This document shows, one piece after another, positions 8,363-17,996 of a stretch of 23,673 nt of DNA (positions within the stretch are counted from its first letter, which is position 1; the number at the start of each line of letters is the position of its first letter). The DNA is from Oculatellaceae cyanobacterium bins.114. GTDB lineage: Bacteria > Cyanobacteriota > Cyanobacteriia > Elainellales > Elainellaceae. The stretch covers positions 1 to 23,673 of the forward strand of contig JANRJA010000155.1 of NCBI GenBank assembly GCA_033764315.1, written 5' to 3'. A model generated the notes under the pieces. The model did no database searches. It saw only the letters and a list, made by a program, of their open reading frames with translations, and had not been told where the DNA came from. The position numbers and the translations under genes were made by a program.

Positions 8363-8412
8363 GCCAACTGTGCTCTAATCCAAATTCCTTCACCCATTCT
8401 ATAGAAGTCATT

Positions 8413-8448
8413 AGAGGCGCGAGATTCTCGTGCCTCTTTACGTTTTGC
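8413..8448 (+). terminator. Probable intrinsic terminator of psaK
   Basis: AGAGGCGCGAG-ATT-CTCGTGCCTCT stem (one G-U pair) followed by TTACGTTTT. Confidence 0.6.
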
Positions 8449-8466
8449 CTATTAAACTTCTTAAAA

Positions 8467-8571
8467 TATAGCTTTGGTCAGAAAGCTTACGGCAAAGGCA
8501 ATGACTCAAATCCTAATGCTGGGAAAGCTTCCTGACTCGCCTCCGCCTCATCGAATGTGGCTACGGCTATA
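8467..8571. mobile_element. Degenerate MITE-like element bounded by TATAGC/GCTATA
   Basis: Left end TATAGCTTTGGTCA versus reverse complement of right end TATAGCCGTAGCCA (10/14). 105 bp, intergenic, TA termini. Confidence 0.5.
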
Positions 8572-8655
8572 GAAGCAAAATGTAGCAACCTCTATAGTGT
8601 TGCCTGAGACTCTAGCTGTTATGGCGATTGAGTATCTGTTGTGGAGTAGAGCAGC

Positions 8656-9861
8656 ATGAAACTGGGCTGGCGTGTTGGTTCTATCTTTGGCATTCCGCTA
8701 TTTATAGATATCTCATGGTTCTACATTTTGGCATTGATCACCTTCTGGTATGGCGGTTGGGTTTGGCGCGATCGCGATTGGAGCACCCCCGTAGCATGGA
8801 GTGCAGGCTTTGTTATGGCTTTACTGCTATTTACCTCAGCCGTTTTGCATAAGTTAGGGCACAGTTTGGTAGCGCGATCGCAGGGCATTCCTGTCAACTC
8901 TATTACCCTATTTTTGTTTGGGGGAATTGCCGCCATTGACCAGGATGAATTCAAAACCCCTTATCAAACCTTTCAAGTGGCGATCGCAGGCCCAACGGTT
9001 AGCTTCGTCCTCTTCCTGCTACTCATCTCTATAGTGCGGTTGTTTGCTTTCTCCGATCCCACGGCTACCATTCTAGAAGAGCTAGCTTGGCTCAACTTAG
9101 TGCTGGCTTTGTTTAACATGATCCCCGGTTTGCCCTTAGACGGTGGGCAGGTTCTCAAATCTGCTATTTGGAAGATCACGGGCAGTCATCTCAAAGGCAT
9201 TCGATGGGCCGCCAGAATTGGACAGGCACTCGGTTGGGTTGCCATTATCCTATGTTCGATTGCCTTTTTAACCTCATCCAATCTGTGGTTTTTGTGGATT
9301 GCTTTTTTAGGTTGGTTTGTGATTCGCAATGCCACTACCTACATGCGAGTTTCTGACTTACATGAGGCACTGCTGCAACTGCATGCCTCAGCAGTGATGA
9401 CTCGTAATTTTCGAGTGGTCGATGCCAATTTGAGCATCCATGAATTTGCTCAAACCTATCTATCTCAAGAAACATCCTCTCCTTTATTTTTTGCCGTTTC
9501 TGATGGACGGTATCAGGGCATGCTAGCGGTCAATGAATTGGCTCATTTGGAACGAAGCACCTGGGATAGCCAAACCTTAGAGGCGATCGCCCATCCCTTA
9601 AATAAAATTCCGACTGTTACAGAAATAACCTCGTTAGCAGTTGTCATCCACTCTTTAGAGTTCCATCAATTACGCTCTATTCCGGTGCTCTCTCCAACAG
9701 GGTCAGTTGCGGGCGTGATCGATCGGGGTGATATTGTGCGAGCGTTAACTGACAAGTTGAATATTTCTATTTCAGAAGCCATCATCACCCGTGTAAAAGA
9801 CGAGGACAGCTATCCACCCGGATTGCCCCTGGCGGCGATCGCCAAGTCACTCGTCAGATAA
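8656..9861 (+). CDS. Site-2 protease (peptidase M50) with C-terminal CBS pair; HExxH altered to HKLGH
   Basis: Multiple TMs, ITLFLFGGIA, VAIAGP, FNMIPGLPLDGG and CBS-like C-terminus (VMTRNF, GVIDRGDI). The zinc motif reads LHKLGH. Confidence 0.92.
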   Translation: MKLGWRVGSIFGIPLFIDISWFYILALITFWYGGWVWRDRDWSTPVAWSAGFVMALLLFTSAVLHKLGHSLVARSQGIPVNSITLFLFGGIAAIDQDEFKTPYQTFQVAIAGPTVSFVLFLLLISIVRLFAFSDPTATILEELAWLNLVLALFNMIPGLPLDGGQVLKSAIWKITGSHLKGIRWAARIGQALGWVAIILCSIAFLTSSNLWFLWIAFLGWFVIRNATTYMRVSDLHEALLQLHASAVMTRNFRVVDANLSIHEFAQTYLSQETSSPLFFAVSDGRYQGMLAVNELAHLERSTWDSQTLEAIAHPLNKIPTVTEITSLAVVIHSLEFHQLRSIPVLSPTGSVAGVIDRGDIVRALTDKLNISISEAIITRVKDEDSYPPGLPLAAIAKSLVR

Positions 9862-9988
9862 AGGATATCTAATGGGATTGCAAAAAGGAGAAGAAAACTG
9901 CTACATCTTTTTCTAAATCAAAATTTGATCCAATCCAAAAAATTCGATCTAATCTGATTGTTTAGTCCAGATTTCTCCACCCAGTGCT

Positions 9989-10606
9989 ATGAAATTTCAA
10001 TCTGCATCTACTCCCTTTCGTTCTATAACCCGATCGTTGTGGTTTAAGGTTCTCAACCTTGCCGTTGTGCTCTCAGTGAGTGGTTGGGCATCTGAGGCGA
10101 TCGCCCAAATCTATCAGTTTGGCAGCGAGGGAGATGCTGTTGCAGACATTCAAAGAGCACTTGGCATCTCAGCCGATGGGGTCTACGGTAGCGATACCGA
10201 AGCTGCCGTTTTTCGATTTCAGCAACAAACTGGGTTAAGCGCAGATGGCATTGCGGGTCCTCAAACCTTGAGAGCACTCAATCTAGACTATTTAATCAAC
10301 ACTCCCGCACTCCCTTTCAATCAAAACTTTCCCTCTGGAGGCTCTCCAACTAGTTCTTTTGGCATCCCTATTGCCCGTTATAGCCCTCTAGTCGATGCCA
10401 ATAATCCCTATGTTGTGGTGATTCCCAGCAACAACCAGGCAGAGTTATTTCAGGCTCAACAACTTTCCCCAGACGCTTATATCACTCGTTCTCGGTTGGG
10501 AACCTTCATTCGAGCAGGGTCGTTTCCTCGACGCTCAGAGGCAGAAGACCTATCAAGAAGTTTACGAAGAGAGGGGTTAGATGCTCGTGTAGCCTATCGC
10601 CCTTAA
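9989..10606 (+). CDS. Secreted peptidoglycan-binding protein (PG_binding_1 plus SPOR-like C-terminus)
   Basis: Signal peptide ending AIA; GSEGDAVADIQRALGISADGVYGSDTEAAVFRFQQQTGLSADGIAGPQT; C-terminal AGSFPRRSEAEDLSRSLRREGLDARV. Confidence 0.85.
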   Translation: MKFQSASTPFRSITRSLWFKVLNLAVVLSVSGWASEAIAQIYQFGSEGDAVADIQRALGISADGVYGSDTEAAVFRFQQQTGLSADGIAGPQTLRALNLDYLINTPALPFNQNFPSGGSPTSSFGIPIARYSPLVDANNPYVVVIPSNNQAELFQAQQLSPDAYITRSRLGTFIRAGSFPRRSEAEDLSRSLRREGLDARVAYRP

Positions 10607-11439
10607 ATTCCCAAGGGGTCATGTTCAACCACAAATACATTGGAGTAAAGGTTGGCGATAATCTGCTTTCCCTGCTGCGTTAACTCCAGGTAATGCAGTC
10701 CGTCTTTAACATAGGGATAAACTCCACTCCAATAAAACTTGGGATAATTCTTTCGCAAATCTCCTGGATGGCGATAGCCTAACGCCTTATTGACTCCAGT
10801 TTCTTCAAATTCATAAAATAGTGCCCCAATCTTTTTGAGATAGCGGGGATCGCTCAGTTGCCCAATCAGATCCGAGGCACGCAATAGACCTGCAAAATTT
10901 ATGGTGTCGTTGTGGTCTTCGGCTTTTGGCACCGGAAAACGGGTTAACTCAATGTTAGATTTCACAATTTCGGCATTGATTAAACTATGTCCCCCAAACC
11001 GCTCATCCACAAAAAGTTTGGCGCGATCGACGTGATAAGGGGTCAACGCTGCATCTGAAGAGCCAGGTGGCAGGTTAATCATCTCACCGGCTTTGCCTGT
11101 TGCATACCAACCCTCTCGATCGTTGCGACAAACCCCTTTGACATAGCCAATGTCATGACATACCAAAGAAATAATGAAATGCAGCCAATCTTCACACGAC
11201 ACGCCCCCCTCTCGAATATGTTTTCCTCGAAGGATTTCTTGACCAACGAGCGTTACTAAAATCGTGTGCTCAACGTTGTGATAGAGCGCATCACTATTGG
11301 CAATGTTCTCCAACGCCATTGATCCTACCCAGCCAATGATGTCTTCATAATTTGACTTCCAGCCACCATAAGTACGCTGGTAGCCATCTTTAAGTTGTCT
11401 GACAAAGGCATCAATCAGTAGCTCAGTAGCGTTAAACAT
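10603..11439 (-). CDS. HD-domain metal-dependent phosphohydrolase (conserved cyanobacterial family)
   Basis: YHNVEHT, CHDIGY, HVDR and ASDLIGQ motifs. The ATG at 11439 (MFNATE) is preferred over the GTG at 11451. Its stop overlaps the convergent gene's stop in TTAA (10603-10606). Confidence 0.88.
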   Translation of the reverse strand: MFNATELLIDAFVRQLKDGYQRTYGGWKSNYEDIIGWVGSMALENIANSDALYHNVEHTILVTLVGQEILRGKHIREGGVSCEDWLHFIISLVCHDIGYVKGVCRNDREGWYATGKAGEMINLPPGSSDAALTPYHVDRAKLFVDERFGGHSLINAEIVKSNIELTRFPVPKAEDHNDTINFAGLLRASDLIGQLSDPRYLKKIGALFYEFEETGVNKALGYRHPGDLRKNYPKFYWSGVYPYVKDGLHYLELTQQGKQIIANLYSNVFVVEHDPLGI

Positions 11440-11646
11440 CCTAAAACTCACTTGTCACAACTCATCGGTCACAAACCAAAACAGGCGATCGCACACAACA
11501 CACCACTATTCCTTAAACACGTATTTGAGAGGTTGAGAGATAGCGTCAATCACTCAATACTCTGTTCTTGTACTGACGTAAACCCAAGCTTTGTGGATAG
11601 AAGTATGAGATTAAACCATCATACTCAGGAAACCTTGTAAAAGGCG

Positions 11647-13959
11647 TTACTGTGAGACTTGAGATAGCCTATCTTCATGATTGAGGCAAGCTTTGACCGG
11701 AATTTCAATGACAAATTCTGCTCCCTGACCAGGAGCCGAGTGGCAGTAAAGCTTACCGCCATGCTTCTCGACAATAATTTGATAGCTAATCGATAAGCCC
11801 AATCCAGTTCCTTGGCCAACAGGTTTGGTAGTAAAGAACGGATCAAACAATTTAGAGCGCACCTGTTCACTCATCCCAGCACCGTTATCAATGATATGGA
11901 TCGCAACCCAAGCAGCGTTAATCGCTTCGGTACGAATGCGAATGTGGCTCAAACTCGTCTTACCTGCATTACGCTCTTGTTCTCGATTTTGTTGATGAAG
12001 AGCATCAATTGAATTGGTGAGCAAATTCATAAATACCTGGTTGAGTTGACCCGCGTAACACTGCACTAACGGCAACTGACCATATTCTCGAATCACTTCG
12101 ATGGCTGCATAACCAGGTTTGGCTCTTAAGCGACTATGCAAAATCATCAATGTGCTATCAATTCCTTCGTGAATATCAACCTCTTTAACTTCTGCTTCAT
12201 CAAGGCGTGAAAAAACCCGCAAAGACTTGACGATCTCTCGAATACGATCGGCTCCAAGTTGCATCGAGTTCAACAGTTTTGGTAAATCTTCACGAATGAA
12301 ATCGAGATCGATCGCATCCATTTGGTCTTCAAGTCCAGGAAAAGAATTGATGCAATGCTTCTCACAGAAATCAACTAATTCCAATAAATCACGGGTATAT
12401 TGATGCGCATGACACAAGTTACCGTGAATAAAGTTGACTGGATTGTTAATCTCGTGGGCAATTCCAGCAATCATTAACCCCAAACTCGACATCTTCTCAG
12501 TTTGAACGAGTTGGGCTTGGGTTTGTTGAAGGTTGTTAAGAGCCTCTTTTAAGGCAACCGTTCGCTCTTCAACTCGTTGTTCTAGAGCTTCGTTAGTTTG
12601 TTCTAAAACTGTAAATGATTCACGAAGTTGTTTTGCCATGCCATTAAACGATTGGGCTAAAACATTCAGTTCTCTAATACCTTGAACCTCAACCATCTGA
12701 TTTAAGTCACCCAAAGTAATCGCACTACTGGCAGTGCTAAGTTTGCGAATCGGGGTTGTAATCCAGCGAGAGGCAAGCATACTCATTAACGTTGCTAACC
12801 CCAAGGCTGCTGACACCAACCCAACTGTTGTATTCGCATTAGCCTGGTTAATCCCTTCTAAATAGTTAGATTCTGGAATAACAGTGCCAACAACCCAATC
12901 TAAATAACCAATCGGGGCTAGAGAAATAAAATACTTTTCCCCCAATGGCCCATCTTGATACGTAAAAGTTCGCTCATCTGTGACACTGCTAATCGAGGCT
13001 TGATTGGTTCTCAAGGTTTGAACAGCTACTTGCAAATAAGAATTATTTGCCTCCTCTAATCGCTTTAACCGAACTGTGTCATTGATGACAATATAAGTTG
13101 ATTCTTGTGAGTCTGACGTTGCAATGATTTCACTTTTAGAATTAGCAATAAAAATAATACTTTTACCTTCTCGATCGAGCGTTTGAAGGTATTGTGAAAT
13201 TTGTTTTAGCTCAAACGAGATATTAATAACCCCAATAAACTTATTGTTTAGCCTAAGTGGCATAGATGAGCTAATCCCCGGTGTCCGCGTTGCCCGAAAC
13301 ATATAGACATCACTCCAAGACAATCGCTCTGGGTTTTGAGCTGCAATTTGATACCACGGTTGTCGAGGTGAATAGTATTGATCCACCATCTCTTGAGTAC
13401 CAGTTATACGAAGTTCTGAGCTGCCTTCTTGATAACTGACAATTCTATTAGACGAGTGCTGATCTTGAGGAATCCAACGACGATTAATGACATTGAGTTC
13501 ATCTTGTTGAGTATTTTGAACCCCAAAATAGTCCCCATTTCGATAGCCAAATTCAATGGCAGTAAAACTTGGATTAGCCTCCAACAAGCTGAGGTAGAAA
13601 GCTTCTCTCTCTCGTGGGTTTTCTAAATTAACAAGATTACGAGTAAAAGCTCTTTGAATAATGTTTTGAGTTGATGAAACACTACTAAAAATATTACCCA
13701 CTTCTTGAAATGTGCCTCGAGTGAGTTCTTTATTAACTTGAGTAATGACGCTGTCAACATTCCGCTTTGACAGAATCAACCAAGAAAAATGAACAACTCC
13801 AGCAGTGGCACTGATGGTAATCAGAATTGCCCCTATCAATGTTGCCCTCAGACCAAGCGTACTGGGTTGTTTCTCTGAGGTGCGATGTTTGCGTAGTGAC
13901 ACAATCAGGCGCATGTAAACTGAGGATTTTAAGCTTCGACTGCGATGAAGACGAGGCAA
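11647..13959 (-). CDS. Membrane sensor histidine kinase (TM-Cache-TM-HAMP-HisKA-HATPase)
   Basis: YSPRQPWYQ/WSDVY Cache motifs; HAMP ITTPIRKLS...RELNVLAQSFNGM; H-box GIAHEINNP; N-box QVFMNLLTNSIDA; DNGAGM; FDPFFTTK; GTGLGL. Start uncertain (TTG 13959 or ATG 13914). Confidence 0.92.
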   Translation of the reverse strand: MPRLHRSRSLKSSVYMRLIVSLRKHRTSEKQPSTLGLRATLIGAILITISATAGVVHFSWLILSKRNVDSVITQVNKELTRGTFQEVGNIFSSVSSTQNIIQRAFTRNLVNLENPREREAFYLSLLEANPSFTAIEFGYRNGDYFGVQNTQQDELNVINRRWIPQDQHSSNRIVSYQEGSSELRITGTQEMVDQYYSPRQPWYQIAAQNPERLSWSDVYMFRATRTPGISSSMPLRLNNKFIGVINISFELKQISQYLQTLDREGKSIIFIANSKSEIIATSDSQESTYIVINDTVRLKRLEEANNSYLQVAVQTLRTNQASISSVTDERTFTYQDGPLGEKYFISLAPIGYLDWVVGTVIPESNYLEGINQANANTTVGLVSAALGLATLMSMLASRWITTPIRKLSTASSAITLGDLNQMVEVQGIRELNVLAQSFNGMAKQLRESFTVLEQTNEALEQRVEERTVALKEALNNLQQTQAQLVQTEKMSSLGLMIAGIAHEINNPVNFIHGNLCHAHQYTRDLLELVDFCEKHCINSFPGLEDQMDAIDLDFIREDLPKLLNSMQLGADRIREIVKSLRVFSRLDEAEVKEVDIHEGIDSTLMILHSRLRAKPGYAAIEVIREYGQLPLVQCYAGQLNQVFMNLLTNSIDALHQQNREQERNAGKTSLSHIRIRTEAINAAWVAIHIIDNGAGMSEQVRSKLFDPFFTTKPVGQGTGLGLSISYQIIVEKHGGKLYCHSAPGQGAEFVIEIPVKACLNHEDRLSQVSQ

Positions 13960-14217
13960 TTAATCAAGTTAAGGTTAGCGTTGCGAGAATCAGAGTATTT
14001 GTAGATGACCGTGTAAACTCTATTCTTACCAGCCGCTTCACTCACCGGATTAGTGTGCCCTTTTGTGTAAATTTCCTATCAAAATCAATACTTTTGAACT
14101 ACTCAATGAACGCACAAACAGAGGAAAGGAATACGAGCTATAGAGTAGGCAGCAGCGATCGCCCCACTTGGCAATCATCACTTCACAGGTTTCGGCAGGT
14201 GCTATTCTTAAATTATT

Positions 14218-14289
14218 GCGGGTGTAGTTCAGTGGTAGAACGTCAGCTTCCCAAGCTGAATGTCGTGGGTTCGAGTCCCATCACCCGCT
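14218..14289 (+). tRNA. trnG: tRNA-Gly (anticodon CCC)
   Basis: Acceptor stem GCGGGTG/CACCCGC plus discriminator T; D-arm GTTC-AGTGGTA-GAAC; anticodon arm TCAGC-TTCCCAA-GCTGA (CCC at 14250-14252); T-loop GTTCGAG. CCA not encoded. TG-n-TATTCT extended -10-like element at about 14200-14208. Confidence 0.97.
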
Positions 14290-14646
14290 TTGCGATCAAC
14301 TGCCGATTTAAGACTATCCCTGTGTTGCCGCGGTCAGTTTGGCTTTTGGGTGGTTTAAAAAGCTCTATTAGACAGCACCGATCAATGGGTGAAGCCCAGT
14401 ACTAGAGCTATGTTGTAGAAACGATCGCATGGGTAAAGCAATCGCGATCGCATTCTTTAGAAGATGCACTTTCCCTAAGTATCATTATAAATTGACTATT
14501 ATGTCTGTGATCAATCACTAAGGTTGACGGTCAACTGCTGAATCAGCGAAGGTGTTTAGTGATCACCTAACTAATCCTTCCCTTTAGTTAGAGGAACAGC
14601 AGTACAGCGTGGCTTCACAATTGAAATGAAGCTTAGGGAAAAGAAG

Positions 14647-14832
14647 ATGAATCAAAATCAAATCACTTTATTAGGGATTAGTGTAGCAACTCTAATCTCG
14701 ATTTGGTTTGGGGTTTCTATTCTCAACCCGAAACTGATTGGGCGAGCACAATATGACTACTGTATCGGTGGTGCTATTGAGTCAGGAAATCTAACACCAG
14801 ATCTATCTAAAGTATGTAGTCATTTAAAGTAG
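14647..14832 (+). CDS. Small hypothetical single-TM protein
   Basis: 61 aa from ATG 14647 (68 aa from 14626). Hydrophobic ITLLGISVATLISIWFGVSIL followed by a short two-Cys tail; purine-rich upstream region. Confidence 0.55.
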   Translation: MNQNQITLLGISVATLISIWFGVSILNPKLIGRAQYDYCIGGAIESGNLTPDLSKVCSHLK

Positions 14833-15133
14833 TTTTGTGCTGCCAGAAGCAATCACAGAAGTCTTAACAGTTCTAAATAAACCTGTCATGCATACTCAAA
14901 AGATCAGATTACTTTGTTGAGTAATCATAAGAGCATCGTTTTGTAAAGCTGTCAGAGCCTTAATTGTAGTCGCTAAACACTTCAACATTGGTTGTGTCAA
15001 GGTAACAGTGGAAAGTGTTCTTTATTGCACACACTTTGTGACAAATATAACGACTAGAGCTGCATGAAAATACCCCATAATTCTTGTTACAATCAATACT
15101 TCAACTTAATTCCTTAAAGACACGTTTCAAAAT

Positions 15134-15328
15134 ATGAATCCTGACGAGTTTACTCAGTGCTTTAATCTGGCTAAAGCCCTTGGTTTAGTGGTATCTAGTC
15201 GAAGAGTAGAGGGGGTTTTTTATGTCTACACAATGAATGGAATAGCTCGTTCCTGGGATAGCTTTATTGCTGAATACCCGCTAGAAAGGTTACAGTCCTT
15301 AGTCAATCGAATGCAACCTTACCATTAA
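15134..15328 (+). CDS. Small hypothetical protein
   Basis: 64 aa ATG-started ORF with protein-like composition and TACAAT -10-like element at about 15088-15093. Confidence 0.65.
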   Translation: MNPDEFTQCFNLAKALGLVVSSRRVEGVFYVYTMNGIARSWDSFIAEYPLERLQSLVNRMQPYH

Positions 15329-15585
15329 TCGTTAGGGTGTAAAGCATTCACAGTAACTGTGTATAGAAAAGGGTTTGAGGTATAGTACGCCCCAAACCCA
15401 CTCATCTCAAGATGATTTACAGCCACTGCCTAACAATAGAGACTTTATCAATTTTGTTAAGGTTTGTGTAAGTTTCGCGCCCAGCCAAGGGTGGAACTCC
15501 TGCAACCGCCCAACCAACGCTTCAGTTGCGATAACAATCTTTAAGCGATCGCTTCAATCATCTATAGTCTTGTCCCTTAACATCT

Positions 15586-15990
15586 TTAAACACAATCTCG
15601 TTTAGAAATCGTTTTATCAGGTCCGATTGTGTTACAAATCTTTGAGCTGTCAAGGTTGACATTTTTTAAGGTTGCACCTTCTAAGGTTGCACCTGTTAGG
15701 TCAACCACGATTAAGTTAGCGTCACTTAAATCTGCACCCCTGAGATTGGCATTCTTAAAATTCACTGCCATCAGATCTGCACCTCTAAGATTGGCATGAC
15801 TTAAGTTAGCGTTGCTTAAGTTAACTCCTCTCAGATCAGTCTGCTTCAAGTCAGCCGTACTCAAATCACAACCCACACACGATCGTTGCTCAATTAGTTG
15901 CTTGACGTGATCAGGGTTAGCAGCTTGGGCAGGCGCGATGAAACAAAAAAGAGTCCAGAGAAAAGTGGCTGCTAGAGTGATCAATCTCAT
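15586..15990 (-). CDS. Exported pentapeptide-repeat protein
   Basis: GGAGG RBS before ATG 15990; signal peptide ending PAQA; ANPDHVKQL..CVGCDL cap; repeats ADLKQ/TDLRG/ANLSH/ANLRG/ADLSD/ATLEG. Confidence 0.92.
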   Translation of the reverse strand: MRLITLAATFLWTLFCFIAPAQAANPDHVKQLIEQRSCVGCDLSTADLKQTDLRGVNLSNANLSHANLRGADLMAVNFKNANLRGADLSDANLIVVDLTGATLEGATLKNVNLDSSKICNTIGPDKTISKRDCV

Positions 15991-16185
15991 ACTTACCTCC
16001 ACTGACGATTTTCTGTTTAATGATTAACTTTCCCCAGTTTTAGACATTTTTGATCAGGGTATCTTAAAAAATTCTATAGCACTTGTTCCTGGCTAAACCT
16101 CTTACATACGTCGGTTTTGGGGGGTATTAACCGTAGCAATTCATCGAGGTAGTCCAGTCGGTAGCCGTGAGATACTAGCCGATGT

Positions 16186-17715
16186 TCAATCTGCTTCTGT
16201 TAAAGGCTTGACGACACGGGCGATCGCAGTTTGTATAAATGTCTTCACAAATTCATCTCTGCGATTAAGTTGAAACTGGTTTTGCACAACCTCTGTTATG
16301 CCACCGTCTCCCCATTCCTGGTTACGACGAAAATATTCAATAAAACTTTTACCTGCAATACGGGTTAAATAAGCCGCTGTCACCCCTTGAATGGCTCTGC
16401 CAATCACAAAGGTACTGATATTCGTTTGCAGTACAATCGAAAAAAGCTCGACTGCCCCTCGAACTACCCCCAAGCTAACCAGGGTCTTAGCAAGAGAAAA
16501 CGCTAATTCCTTACCCCGTTCGATATTGAGTTCACATCCATACACTTGACCTAGCTCCACCACCATCTGAGCATTAACAGCGGCAGTTGCTAGCAAATCG
16601 ACTAGGGGTAAAGGCGTCACAGAGACAACTCCTGCACCGATCCACTGAAAGCGATCAACAATTTTTTCAGCTTGGCGCAATCGCTGAGCATCTAACAACC
16701 GACGGGCTTCTACGCCCAACCGTTGTGACTGCAACAAAATATTGTCAGCAATGAGATCTTCTCCTTCTAGCCGCAAAATCGCAGCGATACGCCGTAATAA
16801 GGGCAGAATGTCGGGTTCCGGTTGAAAGCGATCGCCTGCTTCTAAAACAACCTCTTGAGGATTGGCAGCGATCGCCACCACATCTTCGGCAGCCGCAACC
16901 GTCTGCACTCTGTGCCGTAGGCGACTCAAGATCAGATCACAGTCGGCATCGGTGTATAAGTCCCTTTTATTAAGGACAATGAGCGATCGCTTACCAATCT
17001 CTGCCAGCGACCGCAGCGGTTCATATTCTGACTGACGCAGGTCATTATCCAACACAAACAGCAGCAAATCTGCTTCCGTCGCTAATTGCTTCGCCAGAGA
17101 TTCACGCTCAGTTCCGGCTACTCCCGTTTCTAAAATTCCAGGAGTATCTGTAATCCAAACCTCTCGCTCTAATCCTTTGAGTTGAAACGCATACGTTTCT
17201 CCAATAGTGGTTGTTCCCATAGGTGCACCAACCTCACCAACCAAGCGTCCAATCATGGCATTCACGATCGAGGTTTTACCCGCTGACCCTGTGCCAAAAA
17301 CAACCAGACGCAAGGGTCCCTGAGATAAAGTCGCTTGAATCTCACGCGAGCGATCAAGCAATGCCTGACGCACTACCTCATCTTGAATCTGAGCAACCTG
17401 CTGTTCTACCGCTCTCAGTGCTTCTGCGGCAGCATCTGTTTTTTCTACAAACGGTTTTGGGGAGGGTTTACGGCGTTGAGGACGCAGAAACAGAACAGCA
17501 TAATAAATGAGGATTGCAATCAAAGTCGCTAAGAGTGCTAAGACAACCCCTAAGACCAAGTTGGCTAAAAGCGGTGAGATAAACGAGAGCCCCGAGTAAA
17601 GCCGAAGGAGAACGTCAACCAACCACAGCACCAACCCTAGACTTAGGATGATGCTAACAAGGATGACTAAGAGGCGCGATCGAGACATGAACGGATCTAA
17701 TTTCAATAGACCCAT
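16186..17715 (-). CDS. YcjF/DUF697 family membrane-anchored GTP-binding protein
   Basis: Two N-terminal TMs; G1 GTGSAGKTS, G3 DTPG, G4 NKRD; C-terminal PLPLVDLL...QGVTAAYLTRIAG. Alternative start ATG 17688. Confidence 0.88.
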   Translation of the reverse strand: MGLLKLDPFMSRSRLLVILVSIILSLGLVLWLVDVLLRLYSGLSFISPLLANLVLGVVLALLATLIAILIYYAVLFLRPQRRKPSPKPFVEKTDAAAEALRAVEQQVAQIQDEVVRQALLDRSREIQATLSQGPLRLVVFGTGSAGKTSIVNAMIGRLVGEVGAPMGTTTIGETYAFQLKGLEREVWITDTPGILETGVAGTERESLAKQLATEADLLLFVLDNDLRQSEYEPLRSLAEIGKRSLIVLNKRDLYTDADCDLILSRLRHRVQTVAAAEDVVAIAANPQEVVLEAGDRFQPEPDILPLLRRIAAILRLEGEDLIADNILLQSQRLGVEARRLLDAQRLRQAEKIVDRFQWIGAGVVSVTPLPLVDLLATAAVNAQMVVELGQVYGCELNIERGKELAFSLAKTLVSLGVVRGAVELFSIVLQTNISTFVIGRAIQGVTAAYLTRIAGKSFIEYFRRNQEWGDGGITEVVQNQFQLNRRDEFVKTFIQTAIARVVKPLTEAD

Positions 17716-17908
17716 TGTAGAGATGATTTCACGGAGATGATCTCAAACTATCTCTTTGCACGTTTTACGGGGTGCCTCAATTAACGCGATCGCTGCATCG
17801 CTTAATCTATTGAACAGAAATTTGTATGGATAATAGAACGCCAGAAACGCTCCCACCCAATTACACTTAACATGTCAACATTAACGTTAGTTAAAAGCCA
17901 TTAGAGTT

Positions 17909-17958
17909 TAGCAACAATAACGAGAACCTCCGAGTTAGGGCTCTCGTTATTGCTGCTA
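17909..17958 (-). terminator. Long stem-loop downstream of the RNA-binding protein gene
   Basis: TAGCAACAATAACGAGA...TCTCGTTATTGCTGCTA inverted repeat (16/17 in the outer arms), about 40 bp after the stop codon. Confidence 0.6.
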
Positions 17959-17996
17959 TGGTGACCTACTCAAATCAGGTATGGCGATTGGAGAAT

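Noticed and set aside
13827-14405. 192-aa + strand ORF
   Set aside because: Overlaps the kinase start on the opposite strand and runs through tRNA-Gly; no recognisable motifs.
14290-15600. Integrated prophage or island at tRNA-Gly
   Set aside because: No integrase and no duplicated tRNA 3' end seen in the window.
15375-15605. 76-aa ORF (TTG start) and similarly 20765..21034
   Set aside because: Weak starts, overlap with real genes, no protein-like features.
16075-16180. Another TATAGC-started MITE
   Set aside because: No closing GCTATA or inverted repeat found.
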